Shown here piece after piece: positions 50,037-59,903 of a stretch of DNA of 64,000 bases. The DNA is from Candidatus Latescibacterota bacterium (GTDB lineage Bacteria > Latescibacterota > UBA2968 > UBA8231), in NCBI GenBank assembly GCA_965242865.1, contig CBDETK010000013.1, positions 768,001-832,000 on the forward strand, written 5' to 3'. The notes beneath the pieces were generated by a model. The model was not told the DNA's origin and made no database searches. It saw nothing but the letters and a program-made list of their open reading frames with translations. Made by a program: the position numbers and the translations under genes. Position 1 is the stretch's first letter. Each line of letters opens with the position of its first letter.

Positions 50037-50116
50037 GATCCAATTCCTTTTCGAGGTGGGTGGTAAGTAGAAAACAAGTTAAGTGCGAGCTTTGACCTGT
50101 CAAGCGCGGGTTGGGA

Positions 50117-51559
50117 TTAAAGGCCCAAGCGGTTTTTATAGGGCAAAGGGCGGCCCTCCGCATCGAGTAAGGGCTGCGGCGGTGCCTTCTTTTGGGTTAG
50201 CAAGCTGACGACGACCAAGGCGAGGGCGGAAAAAGGCACGGCCAAAAGGTCGGCCGGCACATTCGCTGACAGCAGCCCCAGCCCCTGCCAAGCACACAGG
50301 CCGACCGCAATGGCCGCTAAGGCCCCCGGGCCGTTGCTCTTGGGCCACCACAACCCAGCGGTTAGCGGCACGAACAGCGCGGCGAGGAGCACGGACCAAG
50401 AATTGACCATCAAGTCGTACACCGAAGCGGTGCGGAGGGCCAACAGCAACGAGGCCGCGCCCAAGAGGAGGACGGACCAGCGCGTCAGGCGCAGCGACGA
50501 CCGTTCCTCGGCCTCGGGTTTGAAGTAGCGCAGCACATCCCAGCCGATGACGCTGGCCGGAGCGAGCAGGGCGCTGTCGGCACTGGACAGGAGGGCGGAC
50601 ACCAAGGCCCCCATAAAGAGGACCAAGGCCAGATCCGGGAGGTACTTTAGCGCGAGGGCCATCATCACCAGATCGGGATCGGCCAAATCTGGCAGGACGA
50701 CCGCACCGGCCATGCCGAGAAAAACGGGCAACAGTCCGACCGTGATGTAAAGCAGCCCCGCGAGGTACGCGCTGCGGTAGGCCACTGTTTCGTCGCGGCT
50801 GGACAGACTGCGCTGGATTAGGTCTTGACCCGCTAGGTTGCCGAGGCCAATGACCAGCCAGTCGCGTGCGTAAACCAACCAACTGGTTGCGTCGCCGCGG
50901 GGGTAGAAATCAAAGCGGGAGGCCGGGATTGAGGCAGCGAGGGCCTCCCAGCCGCCCATGTCGCCGAGGAGGATCGGCGTCAAGATAAACAACCCCAGCA
51001 CGAGGATGGTCACTTGAATGAAGTCGGTTAGGGTGACGGCCCACATGCCACCGGCCCAAGTGTAAATCAGGACGATGACGGCCGCCGCGCAGATGCCGAA
51101 GGCGGGCTCGATGCCGGTCAGGCTCTGGAGAATCCGCCCAAAGGCGACCAAGAGCGCGCCCGTCCAGCCGACATAGGCGGGAATAGTGCACAGGCTGGCC
51201 AGCAGGCCCGCCCGCGGCCCGAAGCGGCTATTAAAAAAGGATGCGATCGTCATCAAGCCCATGCGCCGCAGCAGCCGCACGTACAACAGGCCGGCGATGA
51301 ACAGGCACAACGCCGCGCCAAAAGGGTCGGCAATGACCGCGAGGATGCCGCCTTTGTATGCCGCGCTCGCCGCGCCAATGCAGATGCCGCCGCCAAACCA
51401 CGTTGCCGCGAGCGTTGCCGTGCAGAGCAACAGGGGCAGGCGTTGGCCCGCGACGATGAAGTCCGCGGAGTTGCGGACTCGGCGGCCAGCGTATAGGCCA
51501 ATGCTCAGCATCGCCGCCAGATAGACAACCAAGCCGGTCAAGACCAATGGATTCGCCAT
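50117..51559 (-). CDS. Sodium:solute symporter family protein
   Basis: About 13 TM helices; ATWFGGG, GGM.AV..TD.IQ and SSADS. Confidence 0.9.
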   Translation of the reverse strand: MANPLVLTGLVVYLAAMLSIGLYAGRRVRNSADFIVAGQRLPLLLCTATLAATWFGGGICIGAASAAYKGGILAVIADPFGAALCLFIAGLLYVRLLRRMGLMTIASFFNSRFGPRAGLLASLCTIPAYVGWTGALLVAFGRILQSLTGIEPAFGICAAAVIVLIYTWAGGMWAVTLTDFIQVTILVLGLFILTPILLGDMGGWEALAASIPASRFDFYPRGDATSWLVYARDWLVIGLGNLAGQDLIQRSLSSRDETVAYRSAYLAGLLYITVGLLPVFLGMAGAVVLPDLADPDLVMMALALKYLPDLALVLFMGALVSALLSSADSALLAPASVIGWDVLRYFKPEAEERSSLRLTRWSVLLLGAASLLLALRTASVYDLMVNSWSVLLAALFVPLTAGLWWPKSNGPGALAAIAVGLCAWQGLGLLSANVPADLLAVPFSALALVVVSLLTQKKAPPQPLLDAEGRPLPYKNRLGL

Positions 51560-51596
51560 GGCAAGGTCCTTTTTGAAAATTTGTTATAATAACCAA

Positions 51597-51645
51597 CAGA
51601 GTGAAATTGGCCAATGACGCCAGCCAAGTGGCGAATTTGGCCAGT
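51597..51645 (+). promoter_or_regulatory. Putative tandem bEBP (PspF-like) upstream activator sites
   Basis: Two related imperfect palindromes, GTGAAATTGGCCAA and TGGCGAATTTGGCCA, ~80-120 bp upstream of the sigma54 box. Confidence 0.5.
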
Positions 51646-51720
51646 ACTTAAGTGATAATTCGATCTACGTTTTTCTTATAATCTGATGGGCTGTAACAAA
51701 TTATGGATACGATAGCACTT

Positions 51721-51737
51721 TTGGCACGGTCCTTGCA
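51721..51737 (+). promoter_or_regulatory. sigma54 (-24/-12) promoter of the pspA operon
   Basis: TTGGCACGGTCCTTGCA matches the consensus TGGCACG-N4-TTGC. Confidence 0.88.
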
Positions 51738-51791
51738 AGTTAGGACCCACACGCGATACACGCGATACGCTCCACTCACTCAAGGAGGGGT

Positions 51792-52469
51792 ATGATGGCT
51801 AAAGGAGCCTTAGGGAGGATAAGCGATATCCTCAAGTCCAATATCAACGAGATGCTCGACCGAGCGGAAGAGCCGGACAAGATGATCCGCCAGATGGTGC
51901 GGGACATGGAGGAGGCGGTCGGCAAGGCCACGGCCTCGGTCGGGACCGCGGTGGCCAACCACAAGCGGCTCGAGCGCCAGTTCAACGACAAGCAGGGCCA
52001 GATCGCCGAGTGGCAGCGCAAGGCCGAACGGGCGGTGGCTGCGGGCGAGGACGCGCTGGCGCGCCGGGCGCTGGAGCGCAAGGCAGTGCTGGTCAAAGCG
52101 GCCGAGGAGCTGGCGCCGGCCTTGGAGGAGAGTCGGCAGACGGCCGAGCAGTTGCGCGAGCAGCTCCGCGAGCTAAAGACCAAGCTCGAAGAAGCGCGGA
52201 CCCGCCAGGGCACGTTGGTCGCCCGCCACCAAGCGGCCCAAGCCCGCAAGCGGCTGGCCCAGAGCATTTCTGGCTTGGGTCAGGATGCCTTTTCGAGCTT
52301 TGAACGCTTTGAGCAGAAAGTCGCTGAGAGCGAGGCCGAGGCGGCCGCGCACGTGGAGGTTTCGGGCGAGATGGAAGATGTGGAGAAAGAAATCCGCCAA
52401 ATCGAGGTTGATCACAGCGTTGACGATGAGTTGAAAGCGCTAAAGGACAAGATGAAAAAAGATAAGTAA
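51792..52469 (+). CDS. pspA: Phage shock protein A (PspA/IM30 family)
   Basis: RI.DI..SNIN..LD.AE.P.KM..Q..RDME, long coiled coil, AFSSFERFE.K and VDDEL.ALK; AGGAGG RBS. Confidence 0.92.
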   Translation: MMAKGALGRISDILKSNINEMLDRAEEPDKMIRQMVRDMEEAVGKATASVGTAVANHKRLERQFNDKQGQIAEWQRKAERAVAAGEDALARRALERKAVLVKAAEELAPALEESRQTAEQLREQLRELKTKLEEARTRQGTLVARHQAAQARKRLAQSISGLGQDAFSSFERFEQKVAESEAEAAAHVEVSGEMEDVEKEIRQIEVDHSVDDELKALKDKMKKDK

Positions 52470-52515
52470 TCCTTTGGTCCACAACGCATTAGGCGATATT
52501 TCTAGCAGGTGAGCT

Positions 52516-53031
52516 ATGAAATTCATCGACGAAGCCAACCTCAAGGTAAGCAGCGCCATCGAGAGCGGGTGCAAGCGTTTAGGTGCTCTGTTTCTCAAGG
52601 TGCTGGCCGTACCGATCGTGCCCATCGGGCTGGGACTTATGCTCTACGGGCTTTTTCAGATGCTTAGGCCCGCCGCTTCAGACCGCCATTCTTTTGAACT
52701 CTTCGCCGTTGGCGTCACGCAGGTCGTCTTTGGCAGCTTGCTCTGGCTGTTGGCCAAAAAACTCGATGCGGCCGCGCATCTGCTGCGCTACCGGCGGCAG
52801 CAAAACCGCGTCGTGCGCTTGGCCCGCCAGCGCGGGGGCCGCCTGACGGTGACCGAAACAGCGGCCGATACCGGGCTGACGGTTGAGGAAGCCGCGGAGA
52901 TTCTCAAGCGTTTGGCCGACGGGGGGTTTGTCGAGGTCGAAATAACCGATTCGGGCCTGATTGTCTATCGCTTTCCAGAAGTGCTTTTCGCACACGAGAA
53001 ACGCTGGAGCCGGGGCGTCGAAAGCGCCTGA
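52516..53031 (+). CDS. Two-TM membrane protein with C-terminal winged-helix-like domain
   Basis: Two hydrophobic helices followed by GGRLTV.E.A...GL..EEA..IL..L...G..VY.FP. Confidence 0.7.
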   Translation: MKFIDEANLKVSSAIESGCKRLGALFLKVLAVPIVPIGLGLMLYGLFQMLRPAASDRHSFELFAVGVTQVVFGSLLWLLAKKLDAAAHLLRYRRQQNRVVRLARQRGGRLTVTETAADTGLTVEEAAEILKRLADGGFVEVEITDSGLIVYRFPEVLFAHEKRWSRGVESA

Positions 53032-53057
53032 GTCAGACCGGGAGGGAGCGTAGCATA

Positions 53058-53336
53058 ATGAGTGGGTTTTTGCAGATTGCCATTGGCGTCTGTTTCATCA
53101 TCTTGTGCAGCGGATTGGTCCGTTGGGGCAACATGTACTTTTCGAGCCGCAAGAGAGAAGATAAAAAAGCCAGACGAGAAGAGGATCGAATCGTCGAGCG
53201 GCTAGAGCGAGTTGAGCAGCGGCTGACCGAGGTGCAGGACGTGATGATCGTCCTCAGCGAAAAAATCGACCGGCTGGAAGGGGCCGGAGTTGAGCCGTGG
53301 TGTGCCAAGGACGACGAGAGCAAGGCTGGCCCGTGA
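53058..53336 (+). CDS. Small single-TM coiled-coil protein (PspB-like)
   Basis: N-terminal TM helix followed by ERLERVEQRL..V; position within the psp operon. Confidence 0.6.
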   Translation: MSGFLQIAIGVCFIILCSGLVRWGNMYFSSRKREDKKARREEDRIVERLERVEQRLTEVQDVMIVLSEKIDRLEGAGVEPWCAKDDESKAGP

Positions 53337-54688
53337 ATTGGCGCGACCGCGCTATAGAGGCTTGTGAAGATGCGCGGTGGGCCGAGGCCTTGGAGTGGTG
53401 CGAGCGCGGCCTAGCCGATGGGCCAGACGACTTGGAGCTTTGGCACTGCAAAGGGCGTTGTCTCTTGGAACTGGGGGATGAGCAAGCGGCCATGGCCGCG
53501 CTAAAAGCCGCCGCGGCGGGCGGGCATCTAGCGAGCCACTACCAACTCGGCTTGCTCGCCATGCGCCAAGGGCGGCGGAATGCCCGGTTCCGCGCCCGGT
53601 CCTTGGCGCACTTTGAGGCCATTGTGGGCGCGGCCGAAAAAGGGCGCGAATACCCCGACCTCGACCGCGTCTTTTTCGCGCTCGGCAGCCAGTACGGCGA
53701 AGAGCCGCAGCGGCGCGGTGAAGCCATCCGAGCGTTCCGCCGAGGGTTGGCGCTCAACCCGCTCTCGGCCGTTGGTCACAACAGCTTGGGCCAGCTCTTG
53801 CTGCAAAGCGGTCAGGTGTTGGGGGCGATGGGGGAATTCAAGGTCGCCATCCAACTCGACCCCAAGCTCAGTCCGCCCTACGCGAATTTGGCCCGTTTGT
53901 TTTTTTCCCACGTAAAGCTCGCCGAACTAGAACGAGAGTACCAGCACATCTGCGAGGAATTCGCGCAAAGTGCTCCGCAAGTTTTGGCGCGGTTGTCGCT
54001 GGAAATGGTCGAGTTGGGCAAGGAGCAGGTGTACGAAGGGTTTTACACCAAGGGCCATCGCATCAAAAACCTGATGGGGATCATCGGCAGCCGCTTGCGG
54101 GGCTTGGGGCGCAAGGCCGCCGGCGAGCAGCAGGGGGAGTTGAATCGCTTGGGAGGCGAATACGAGGCCCTGTACGACGAGTGGGTGGGGTTCTTAGAAG
54201 CGATGAAAACGGATAAAATTTTCCCGGCCGTGACCGATCTCGGGCGCTTGGTGCGCCGGGTGGCCGCCGGATTGGACCGCCCAACTTGGAAATCCGCGAT
54301 TCAGACGCGGGTCCAAGCGGGCTTGCCGCGCGTGGAGGCCGACGAGCGGATGTTGCGCGAGGCCGTTACCAACCTCTGCCTCAACGCGTTGGAAACGCTT
54401 GAAGAGGGACCCGGCGGCCGGGTGGTGCTGGGCACTGGCTACGACGAGGACCAGTCGCTGGCCTTTATTGAGGTTGAGGACGATGGGCCGGGCATTGAGG
54501 AAGAGCACTTGGAATTGATATTTGAGCCTGGATTTACCACGAGGGAGCGGGGCAATGGCTATGGCTTGAGCATTGCGCGCCGCATCGCCCAAGCCCATCA
54601 AGGCGTGCTGCGCGTCAAGAGCCGAAAGGGACATGGAACCGTTTTTCGGCTCGATCTGCCGCTCCATTTCGCCGGCAGTGCGCCCTAG
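53333..54688 (+). CDS. Cytoplasmic TPR-containing sensor histidine kinase
   Basis: TPR repeats; H-box GHRIKNL, N-box NLCLNA, DDGPGI, FEPGFTT and G.GYGL; no TM segment seen. Confidence 0.88.
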   Translation: MNWRDRAIEACEDARWAEALEWCERGLADGPDDLELWHCKGRCLLELGDEQAAMAALKAAAAGGHLASHYQLGLLAMRQGRRNARFRARSLAHFEAIVGAAEKGREYPDLDRVFFALGSQYGEEPQRRGEAIRAFRRGLALNPLSAVGHNSLGQLLLQSGQVLGAMGEFKVAIQLDPKLSPPYANLARLFFSHVKLAELEREYQHICEEFAQSAPQVLARLSLEMVELGKEQVYEGFYTKGHRIKNLMGIIGSRLRGLGRKAAGEQQGELNRLGGEYEALYDEWVGFLEAMKTDKIFPAVTDLGRLVRRVAAGLDRPTWKSAIQTRVQAGLPRVEADERMLREAVTNLCLNALETLEEGPGGRVVLGTGYDEDQSLAFIEVEDDGPGIEEEHLELIFEPGFTTRERGNGYGLSIARRIAQAHQGVLRVKSRKGHGTVFRLDLPLHFAGSAP

Positions 54689-54703
54689 GTACGGAGGACG
54701 GGT

Positions 54704-56122
54704 ATGACGAGCACAAAGCAGAAATCGGTCTTAATCGCCGATGACCAGCGGGAATTGCGCGCGATGTTGGCGGAGAAACTCCGCAGCTTGGGCAAGGAGG
54801 TCATTGCGTTTTCCAACGGCCAGCGGCTGCTCGGGCATTTGGCGGCTAGGCCGACCGAGGTCGAGCTGGTGGTGCTCGATTTGGACTTTGGCGTGGGCCA
54901 GCCCAATGGCCTCGAAGTGCTGAAAGAGATCAAAACGCGCTGGGCCGAGCTGCCGGTTATCATTCTGACGGGCAAGGGAAGCATTGACTTGGCGGTCGAA
55001 GCCGTGCAGGCCGGGGCGGCCGACTTTATCGAGAAGGACTTGTACGTCGAAGACAAGCTCGAAGTGGAGATGGAAAAGGTCGAGCGGATGCTGGTGGTAC
55101 TGCGCGAAAACGCCCGGCTCAAGGCCGAGAACGAGGCCCTAGATCGCGATAACGCCTTTTATCGGACCCAGCTAGGCCAGCGCTATCGGCTCGTCAGTTC
55201 CAGTCCCCTAATTCAGAACCTACTCGCGCAAGTTGAACAGATCGCCTCCATCCCGCGCCCGGTGTTGATCCGCGGCGAGCGCGGCACGGGCAAGGAGCTG
55301 ATCGCCGCGGCCTTGCACTACGGGAGCAACCGCCGCGCCCGAGCCTTTGTCAAGGTGAACTGCGCGGCGCTGTCGGATACCCTACTCGAAAGCGAGTTGT
55401 TTGGCCACGAAAAGGGGGCCTTTACCGGGGCGAACAAAATGCGCCGCGGTCGCTTTGAAGCCGCCGACGGCGGGACGCTCTTTCTCGACGAAATCGGCAA
55501 CACTTCACTCGACTTCCAAAAAAATGTATTGCGCGTCATAGAATACCAAGAATTTGAACGCACCGGCGGGACCCAGACCATTCGCGTTGACGTGCGGGTC
55601 GTGGCCGCGACCAACGCGGACTTGGAGCGGGAAATAGCCAGCGGGCAATTCCGCGCCGATCTCTACGACCGCCTGCGGTTCAGCGTCCTCGAGTTGCCCC
55701 CCCTGCGGGAGCGGCCCGAGGACATCCGGCCTTTGGTGGAGTACTTTACTCAGCAGCTATGCGACGAAGTGCCGGCCATTGCCCGACGCCCGTTCGCCGA
55801 AGCCGTGTTGGCCAAGCTGGAGAGCTACGCTTGGCCGGGTAATGTGCGCGAGCTCAAATTCGCTGTTGAGCGCGCCCTCTGCGTCGCGCAAGGAGCCGTA
55901 GTGGGCGTGGGGGATTTGCCCCCAGAAGTGCGCGGCGGCCGGGGCGTCGCCTTGGCCGAAGGAGGCAGTTTCGACGAGCAAGTCGAGCGCGTCGAGCGAG
56001 GCTTGCTCGACGGCGCGCTGGCGCAGGTGGGCGGGCGGCAGAAAGACGCGGCCCAGCACTTGGGCTTGACCTACGACCGCTTTCGGCACTTGCTCCGCAA
56101 ATACCAAATCGCGACCAAATGA
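54704..56122 (+). CDS. sigma54-dependent response regulator with PspF-like AAA+/HTH region
   Basis: REC domain (IADD, VLD, T, EK); GERGTGKELIA, GAFTGA, LRVIEY, RADL.DRL.F and LGLTY..FR.LL.K.QI. Confidence 0.92.
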   Translation: MTSTKQKSVLIADDQRELRAMLAEKLRSLGKEVIAFSNGQRLLGHLAARPTEVELVVLDLDFGVGQPNGLEVLKEIKTRWAELPVIILTGKGSIDLAVEAVQAGAADFIEKDLYVEDKLEVEMEKVERMLVVLRENARLKAENEALDRDNAFYRTQLGQRYRLVSSSPLIQNLLAQVEQIASIPRPVLIRGERGTGKELIAAALHYGSNRRARAFVKVNCAALSDTLLESELFGHEKGAFTGANKMRRGRFEAADGGTLFLDEIGNTSLDFQKNVLRVIEYQEFERTGGTQTIRVDVRVVAATNADLEREIASGQFRADLYDRLRFSVLELPPLRERPEDIRPLVEYFTQQLCDEVPAIARRPFAEAVLAKLESYAWPGNVRELKFAVERALCVAQGAVVGVGDLPPEVRGGRGVALAEGGSFDEQVERVERGLLDGALAQVGGRQKDAAQHLGLTYDRFRHLLRKYQIATK

Positions 56123-56152
56123 CCCAGACAGGTCGTTTGGGAGGATGGGCGG

Positions 56153-56181
56153 TTGACAACCCCGGTGCCCCCAAGTATTAT
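56153..56181 (+). promoter_or_regulatory. sigma70-like promoter
   Basis: TTGACA-N17-TATTAT. Confidence 0.7.
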
Positions 56182-56228
56182 ACCAAACCACTTTTCAGCC
56201 CTCTTACACTAGCTGTTGAAACGAGTAG

Positions 56229-56606
56229 ATGACTTCCTTGAGCGGAGCGGTTTTCGACCACTACCGGCACCCTCGCAACGCCGGGCAGATCGACGACGCC
56301 AATGCCTCGGGGCAAGCGGACAATCCGGCCTGCGGCGACGCAATGCAGCTTTTTGCCCGCGTTGAAAACGGCCGCATCGTCCGCGCTAGCTGCAAGACCT
56401 TTGGCTGCGCGCCTGCGGTCGCAGCGGGCTCCGTGCTCACCGAGTTGCTGGCCGGTTTGCCACTGGCGGACGCAGCCCAGCTCGGGCCGGCCGCTATTGA
56501 AGAGGCCCTAGGGGGGCTGCCGCCGATGAAGCGCCACGCCGCTCAACTGGCCGCTGACGCGACTCAGGCCCTAGTGAAAAACTACCAAGCCAGTACAGCC
56601 TCCTAA
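56229..56606 (+). CDS. IscU/NifU-family Fe-S scaffold protein
   Basis: DH..HPRNAG, NPACGD, FGC and LGGLP..K.H. Confidence 0.88.
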   Translation: MTSLSGAVFDHYRHPRNAGQIDDANASGQADNPACGDAMQLFARVENGRIVRASCKTFGCAPAVAAGSVLTELLAGLPLADAAQLGPAAIEEALGGLPPMKRHAAQLAADATQALVKNYQASTAS

Positions 56607-56652
56607 CGCATTTTCACCTCGCCTTTTAACCTCAAGCCGAAAGGATTGCACC

Positions 56653-57273
56653 ATGGCTCATTCCCTTCCCGATCTCCCCTACGCCTACGACGCGCTGGAG
56701 CCCGTCATAGACGCCCGCACCATGGAGATTCACCACACCAAGCATCACAATACGTACGTGACGAGCCTCAACGCCGCGCTCGAAGGGCACGACGACTTGG
56801 CCGCCAAAACCGTCGAAGACCTCATCTGCGACCTCGACGCCGTCCCCGAGGGCATCCGCACGGCAGTTCAGAACCACGGCGGCGGCCATGCCAACCACAG
56901 CCTGTTTTGGCAGATCATGGCCCCAGAAGGGGAGCGCGGCGAGCCTTCGGCCGAGTTCATTGCCGCGGCCGAAGCCGCCTTTGGCAGCGTGGCCGAAGCC
57001 TGCCAAGCCTTCGCACAAGCCGCAACCACCCGGTTCGGCAGCGGCTGGGCTTGGCTCGTAGTCAAGGACGGCCAGCTCGGCATCCTCAGCACCGCCAATC
57101 AGGACAATCCCCTAATGACCGGTGCCGGAGTGCCCATCCTCGGCCTCGATGTCTGGGAACACGCCTATTATCTCACCTACCAAAACCGCCGGCCCGACTA
57201 CATCGCGGCTTGGGCCGACATCGTCAACTGGGCCGAAGTCAGCCGCCGTTTTGCCACGGCGACGGGGAGTTAG
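56653..57273 (+). CDS. sodA: Superoxide dismutase (Mn/Fe)
   Basis: [28 protein letters not shown] and DVWEHAYY. Confidence 0.93.
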   Translation: MAHSLPDLPYAYDALEPVIDARTMEIHHTKHHNTYVTSLNAALEGHDDLAAKTVEDLICDLDAVPEGIRTAVQNHGGGHANHSLFWQIMAPEGERGEPSAEFIAAAEAAFGSVAEACQAFAQAATTRFGSGWAWLVVKDGQLGILSTANQDNPLMTGAGVPILGLDVWEHAYYLTYQNRRPDYIAAWADIVNWAEVSRRFATATGS

Positions 57274-57276
57274 CCA

Positions 57277-57744
57277 ATGGCGATCCAAGTAGGGGATAAA
57301 GCGCCAGCATTCACGCTCAAGAATGCGGCTATGGAGGACGTCCGGCTCGAGGACTTCAGCGGCCAGACCGTGCTCCTGCTCTTCGTGCCGTTGGCCTTTA
57401 CAGGCGTCTGCACCGAGGAGGTCTGTCAGATGTCCGCCGAAGTGAATGATTACGCGGAGCTAGGGGCGCGCGTCATGGCCATCAGCGTAGATAGTCCGTT
57501 CAGCCTCAAGGCCTGGGCCGACAAGGAGGGCATTGCGATTCCGTTGCTCAGCGATTTCAACAAGGAAGTATCGGCCGCCTACGGCGCCCAATTTGAAGAC
57601 CTGCTAGGGTTCAAGGGCGTGGCCAAACGCTCGGCCTTCGTCGTGGACGGACGAGGCATCGTCCGCTACGCTTGGGTGTCCGACGATCCCAAGGTCTTGC
57701 CGGATTTTGCGGCGATTAAGGCGTGTTTGCAATCGCTTAACTGA
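57277..57744 (+). CDS. Peroxiredoxin (AhpC/TSA, AhpE/BCP-like)
   Basis: PLAFTGVCTEE, ISVDS, LLSDF and R..FVVD. Confidence 0.9.
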   Translation: MAIQVGDKAPAFTLKNAAMEDVRLEDFSGQTVLLLFVPLAFTGVCTEEVCQMSAEVNDYAELGARVMAISVDSPFSLKAWADKEGIAIPLLSDFNKEVSAAYGAQFEDLLGFKGVAKRSAFVVDGRGIVRYAWVSDDPKVLPDFAAIKACLQSLN

Positions 57745-57752
57745 ATCGAGTA

Positions 57753-57790
57753 GAGTGGGCAAAGGCTCTCAAGGCTTTGCCCCTCTTTTA
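57753..57790 (+). terminator. Probable Rho-independent terminator
   Basis: GGGCAAAG...CTTTGCCC stem followed by TCTTTT. Confidence 0.55.
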
Positions 57791-57827
57791 TCTTTCTATC
57801 TATCGTGCCCGCAAAGGAAAGCGCGCA

Positions 57828-58424
57828 ATGGAAGATGCTGCGAACCCGAGTTGGCTCCGGGGCCAGAACAAGGCCAAGGCCGCCGAAATAGCCAGCCACT
57901 TTGCCCAGATCATGCAGGTTTTGGGGCTCGACTTGAGCGACCCGCACCTGCGGGGTACGCCGGATCGCGTCGGGCGGATGTACATGGAGATATTTCGGGA
58001 GCTGGGCGACCAAGGCGAACCGGCGATTACCTGCTTTCCCAACAGCGATCGCTACGGCAACATGGTGCTCGTCAAGGACATCGAGTTTTTTTCGGTGTGT
58101 TCCCACCATCTAATCCCGTTTTTCGGCAAGGCCCACATCGCGTACATCCCTGGGGACGCAATCGTCGGCTTGAGCAAAATTGTGCGCATCGTCGAATTCT
58201 ACGCCCGCCGGCCCCAGCTACAAGAGCGTCTCACCGAGCAAATTGTGGACTTCCTCGAAGCCAAGCTGGCGCCCAAAGGCTCCATCGTCGTAATGGAAGC
58301 TCGGCACCTGTGCATGGAGATGCGGGGGGTGGAAAGGCCCGGAGCGGTGACGACCACTTCGGCGCTGCGGGGCCGTTTTGCCGAGCCGGTCGTGCGCGAG
58401 GAATTTTTCAATTTAATCAAGTAA
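57828..58424 (+). CDS. folE: GTP cyclohydrolase I
   Basis: TP.RV, S.CSHHL.PF.G, GLSK..R, RRPQLQER and HLCM.MRGV. Confidence 0.93.
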   Translation: MEDAANPSWLRGQNKAKAAEIASHFAQIMQVLGLDLSDPHLRGTPDRVGRMYMEIFRELGDQGEPAITCFPNSDRYGNMVLVKDIEFFSVCSHHLIPFFGKAHIAYIPGDAIVGLSKIVRIVEFYARRPQLQERLTEQIVDFLEAKLAPKGSIVVMEARHLCMEMRGVERPGAVTTTSALRGRFAEPVVREEFFNLIK

Positions 58425-58445
58425 TCCACGGAACACGGGACGAAC

Positions 58446-59807
58446 ATGGCTGAGATTCAAGAGCAGGTGCAGGTGCTGCCGGCGCCTACCAACTCAGTAC
58501 TCGATACCTCGCACCGAGACTTGCGCGACGACGACTATTGGCGCGCCATTCCCGCCTATGCTGATTTGCGGGCCGATGAGTTCCACGAGCACCGCTTTCA
58601 GAGCCGCAATAGCGTGACGAGCCTGAAGAAGCTGCGGGAGGTTCTCGGCCCCCTCGTTTCAGAGGCGTTTTATCGAGATGTGGAGCAGGGGCTGTTGCGC
58701 TCGCCGATGAGCCTGCGGATTTCCCCGTACCTAGTGAGCTTGATCGACTGGTCGGAGCCAGCCGACGACCCGCTGCGCATTCAGTTTTTGCCCATGGTGT
58801 CGCGGGTGCGGCCCGATCACCCCGAGCTCGCCCTCGACTCGCTGCACGAGCAAGTGGATTCCCCCGTGCCGGGCCTGACACACCGCTACGCCGACCGAGC
58901 GCTGTTTCTGACGCTCGACACCTGTCCGGTGTACTGTCGTTTTTGCACACGCTCCTATGCGGTGGGGTTGGATACCGAGGATGTGGAGAAAGTGCATTTT
59001 GGGGCCGTTGTCCAGCGGTGGGAGCAGGTCTTTGCCTATATTGCTGGGCGGCCCGAGTTGGAAGACATCGTCATCAGCGGCGGCGACGTGGCCAACCTCA
59101 AGGCCGAGCACGTCGAATACATCGGCACTCGCTTGCTCGGCATTGAGCACGTGCGGCGGATGCGCTACGCGACCAAAGCACCGGCGATTATGCCGCAGAA
59201 ACTCGTCACAGACCGCGAGTGGGTCGATGCTCTTACGCGGGTCGTCGAAGCGGGGCGCAAGGTCCACAAGGAAGTCGCGCTGCACACGCATTTCAACCAC
59301 CCGGGCGAAATCACCGCCATCAGCGGCCGCGCCCTCGACGCATTGATGGAGCGCGGGATCGGGGTGCGCAACCAAACCGTCCTGCAAAGAGGGGTCAACG
59401 ACGACGTCGACACCATGCAGCTCCTCGTGCGGCGGCTCAGCTACCTCAACGTGCATCCCTATTACACCTTTGTCCACGATATGGTGCGCGGGGTCGAGGA
59501 GTTGCGCACGACCTTGGCCGCGGCAATTTCCCTAGAGAAGGCGGTTCGGGGGCGGACCGCGGGGTTTAATACGCCGGCCTTTGTGCTCGACACCATGGGC
59601 GGCGGCGGCAAGCGCGATGTCCACTCGTACGAACACTACGATCGCCAGACGGGCATCGCCGTATTTACCAGCCCAGCCGTGCGGCCGGGTGAATTCTTCT
59701 TTTACTTTGATCCCCTAGATGCGCTCGACCCGCTCACCGTCCAGCGCTGGAGCGACCCGGCCGAACGCGCCGCCATGCGCCAAGCGGCGCTAGCGGCCAG
59801 CCTCTAG
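58446..59807 (+). CDS. KamA-family radical SAM aminomutase
   Basis: GLTHRY, CPVYCRFCTR, SGGD, HFNHP, NQTVL.RGVND and GGGK. Confidence 0.88.
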   Translation: MAEIQEQVQVLPAPTNSVLDTSHRDLRDDDYWRAIPAYADLRADEFHEHRFQSRNSVTSLKKLREVLGPLVSEAFYRDVEQGLLRSPMSLRISPYLVSLIDWSEPADDPLRIQFLPMVSRVRPDHPELALDSLHEQVDSPVPGLTHRYADRALFLTLDTCPVYCRFCTRSYAVGLDTEDVEKVHFGAVVQRWEQVFAYIAGRPELEDIVISGGDVANLKAEHVEYIGTRLLGIEHVRRMRYATKAPAIMPQKLVTDREWVDALTRVVEAGRKVHKEVALHTHFNHPGEITAISGRALDALMERGIGVRNQTVLQRGVNDDVDTMQLLVRRLSYLNVHPYYTFVHDMVRGVEELRTTLAAAISLEKAVRGRTAGFNTPAFVLDTMGGGGKRDVHSYEHYDRQTGIAVFTSPAVRPGEFFFYFDPLDALDPLTVQRWSDPAERAAMRQAALAASL

Positions 59808-59903
59808 ACGCAGCGAGTGGAAGTCGGAAGTCCGCAAGCGTCTATGTAGTTGAGTAGCCGCTAGTAGCAGCAATTAACCTCAAGACGATCAAGGCGTACA
59901 GCA

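Noticed and set aside
51750-51770. Short direct repeat ACACGCGATAC x2 in the pspA leader
   Set aside because: It is too short to assign a function and is probably slippage.
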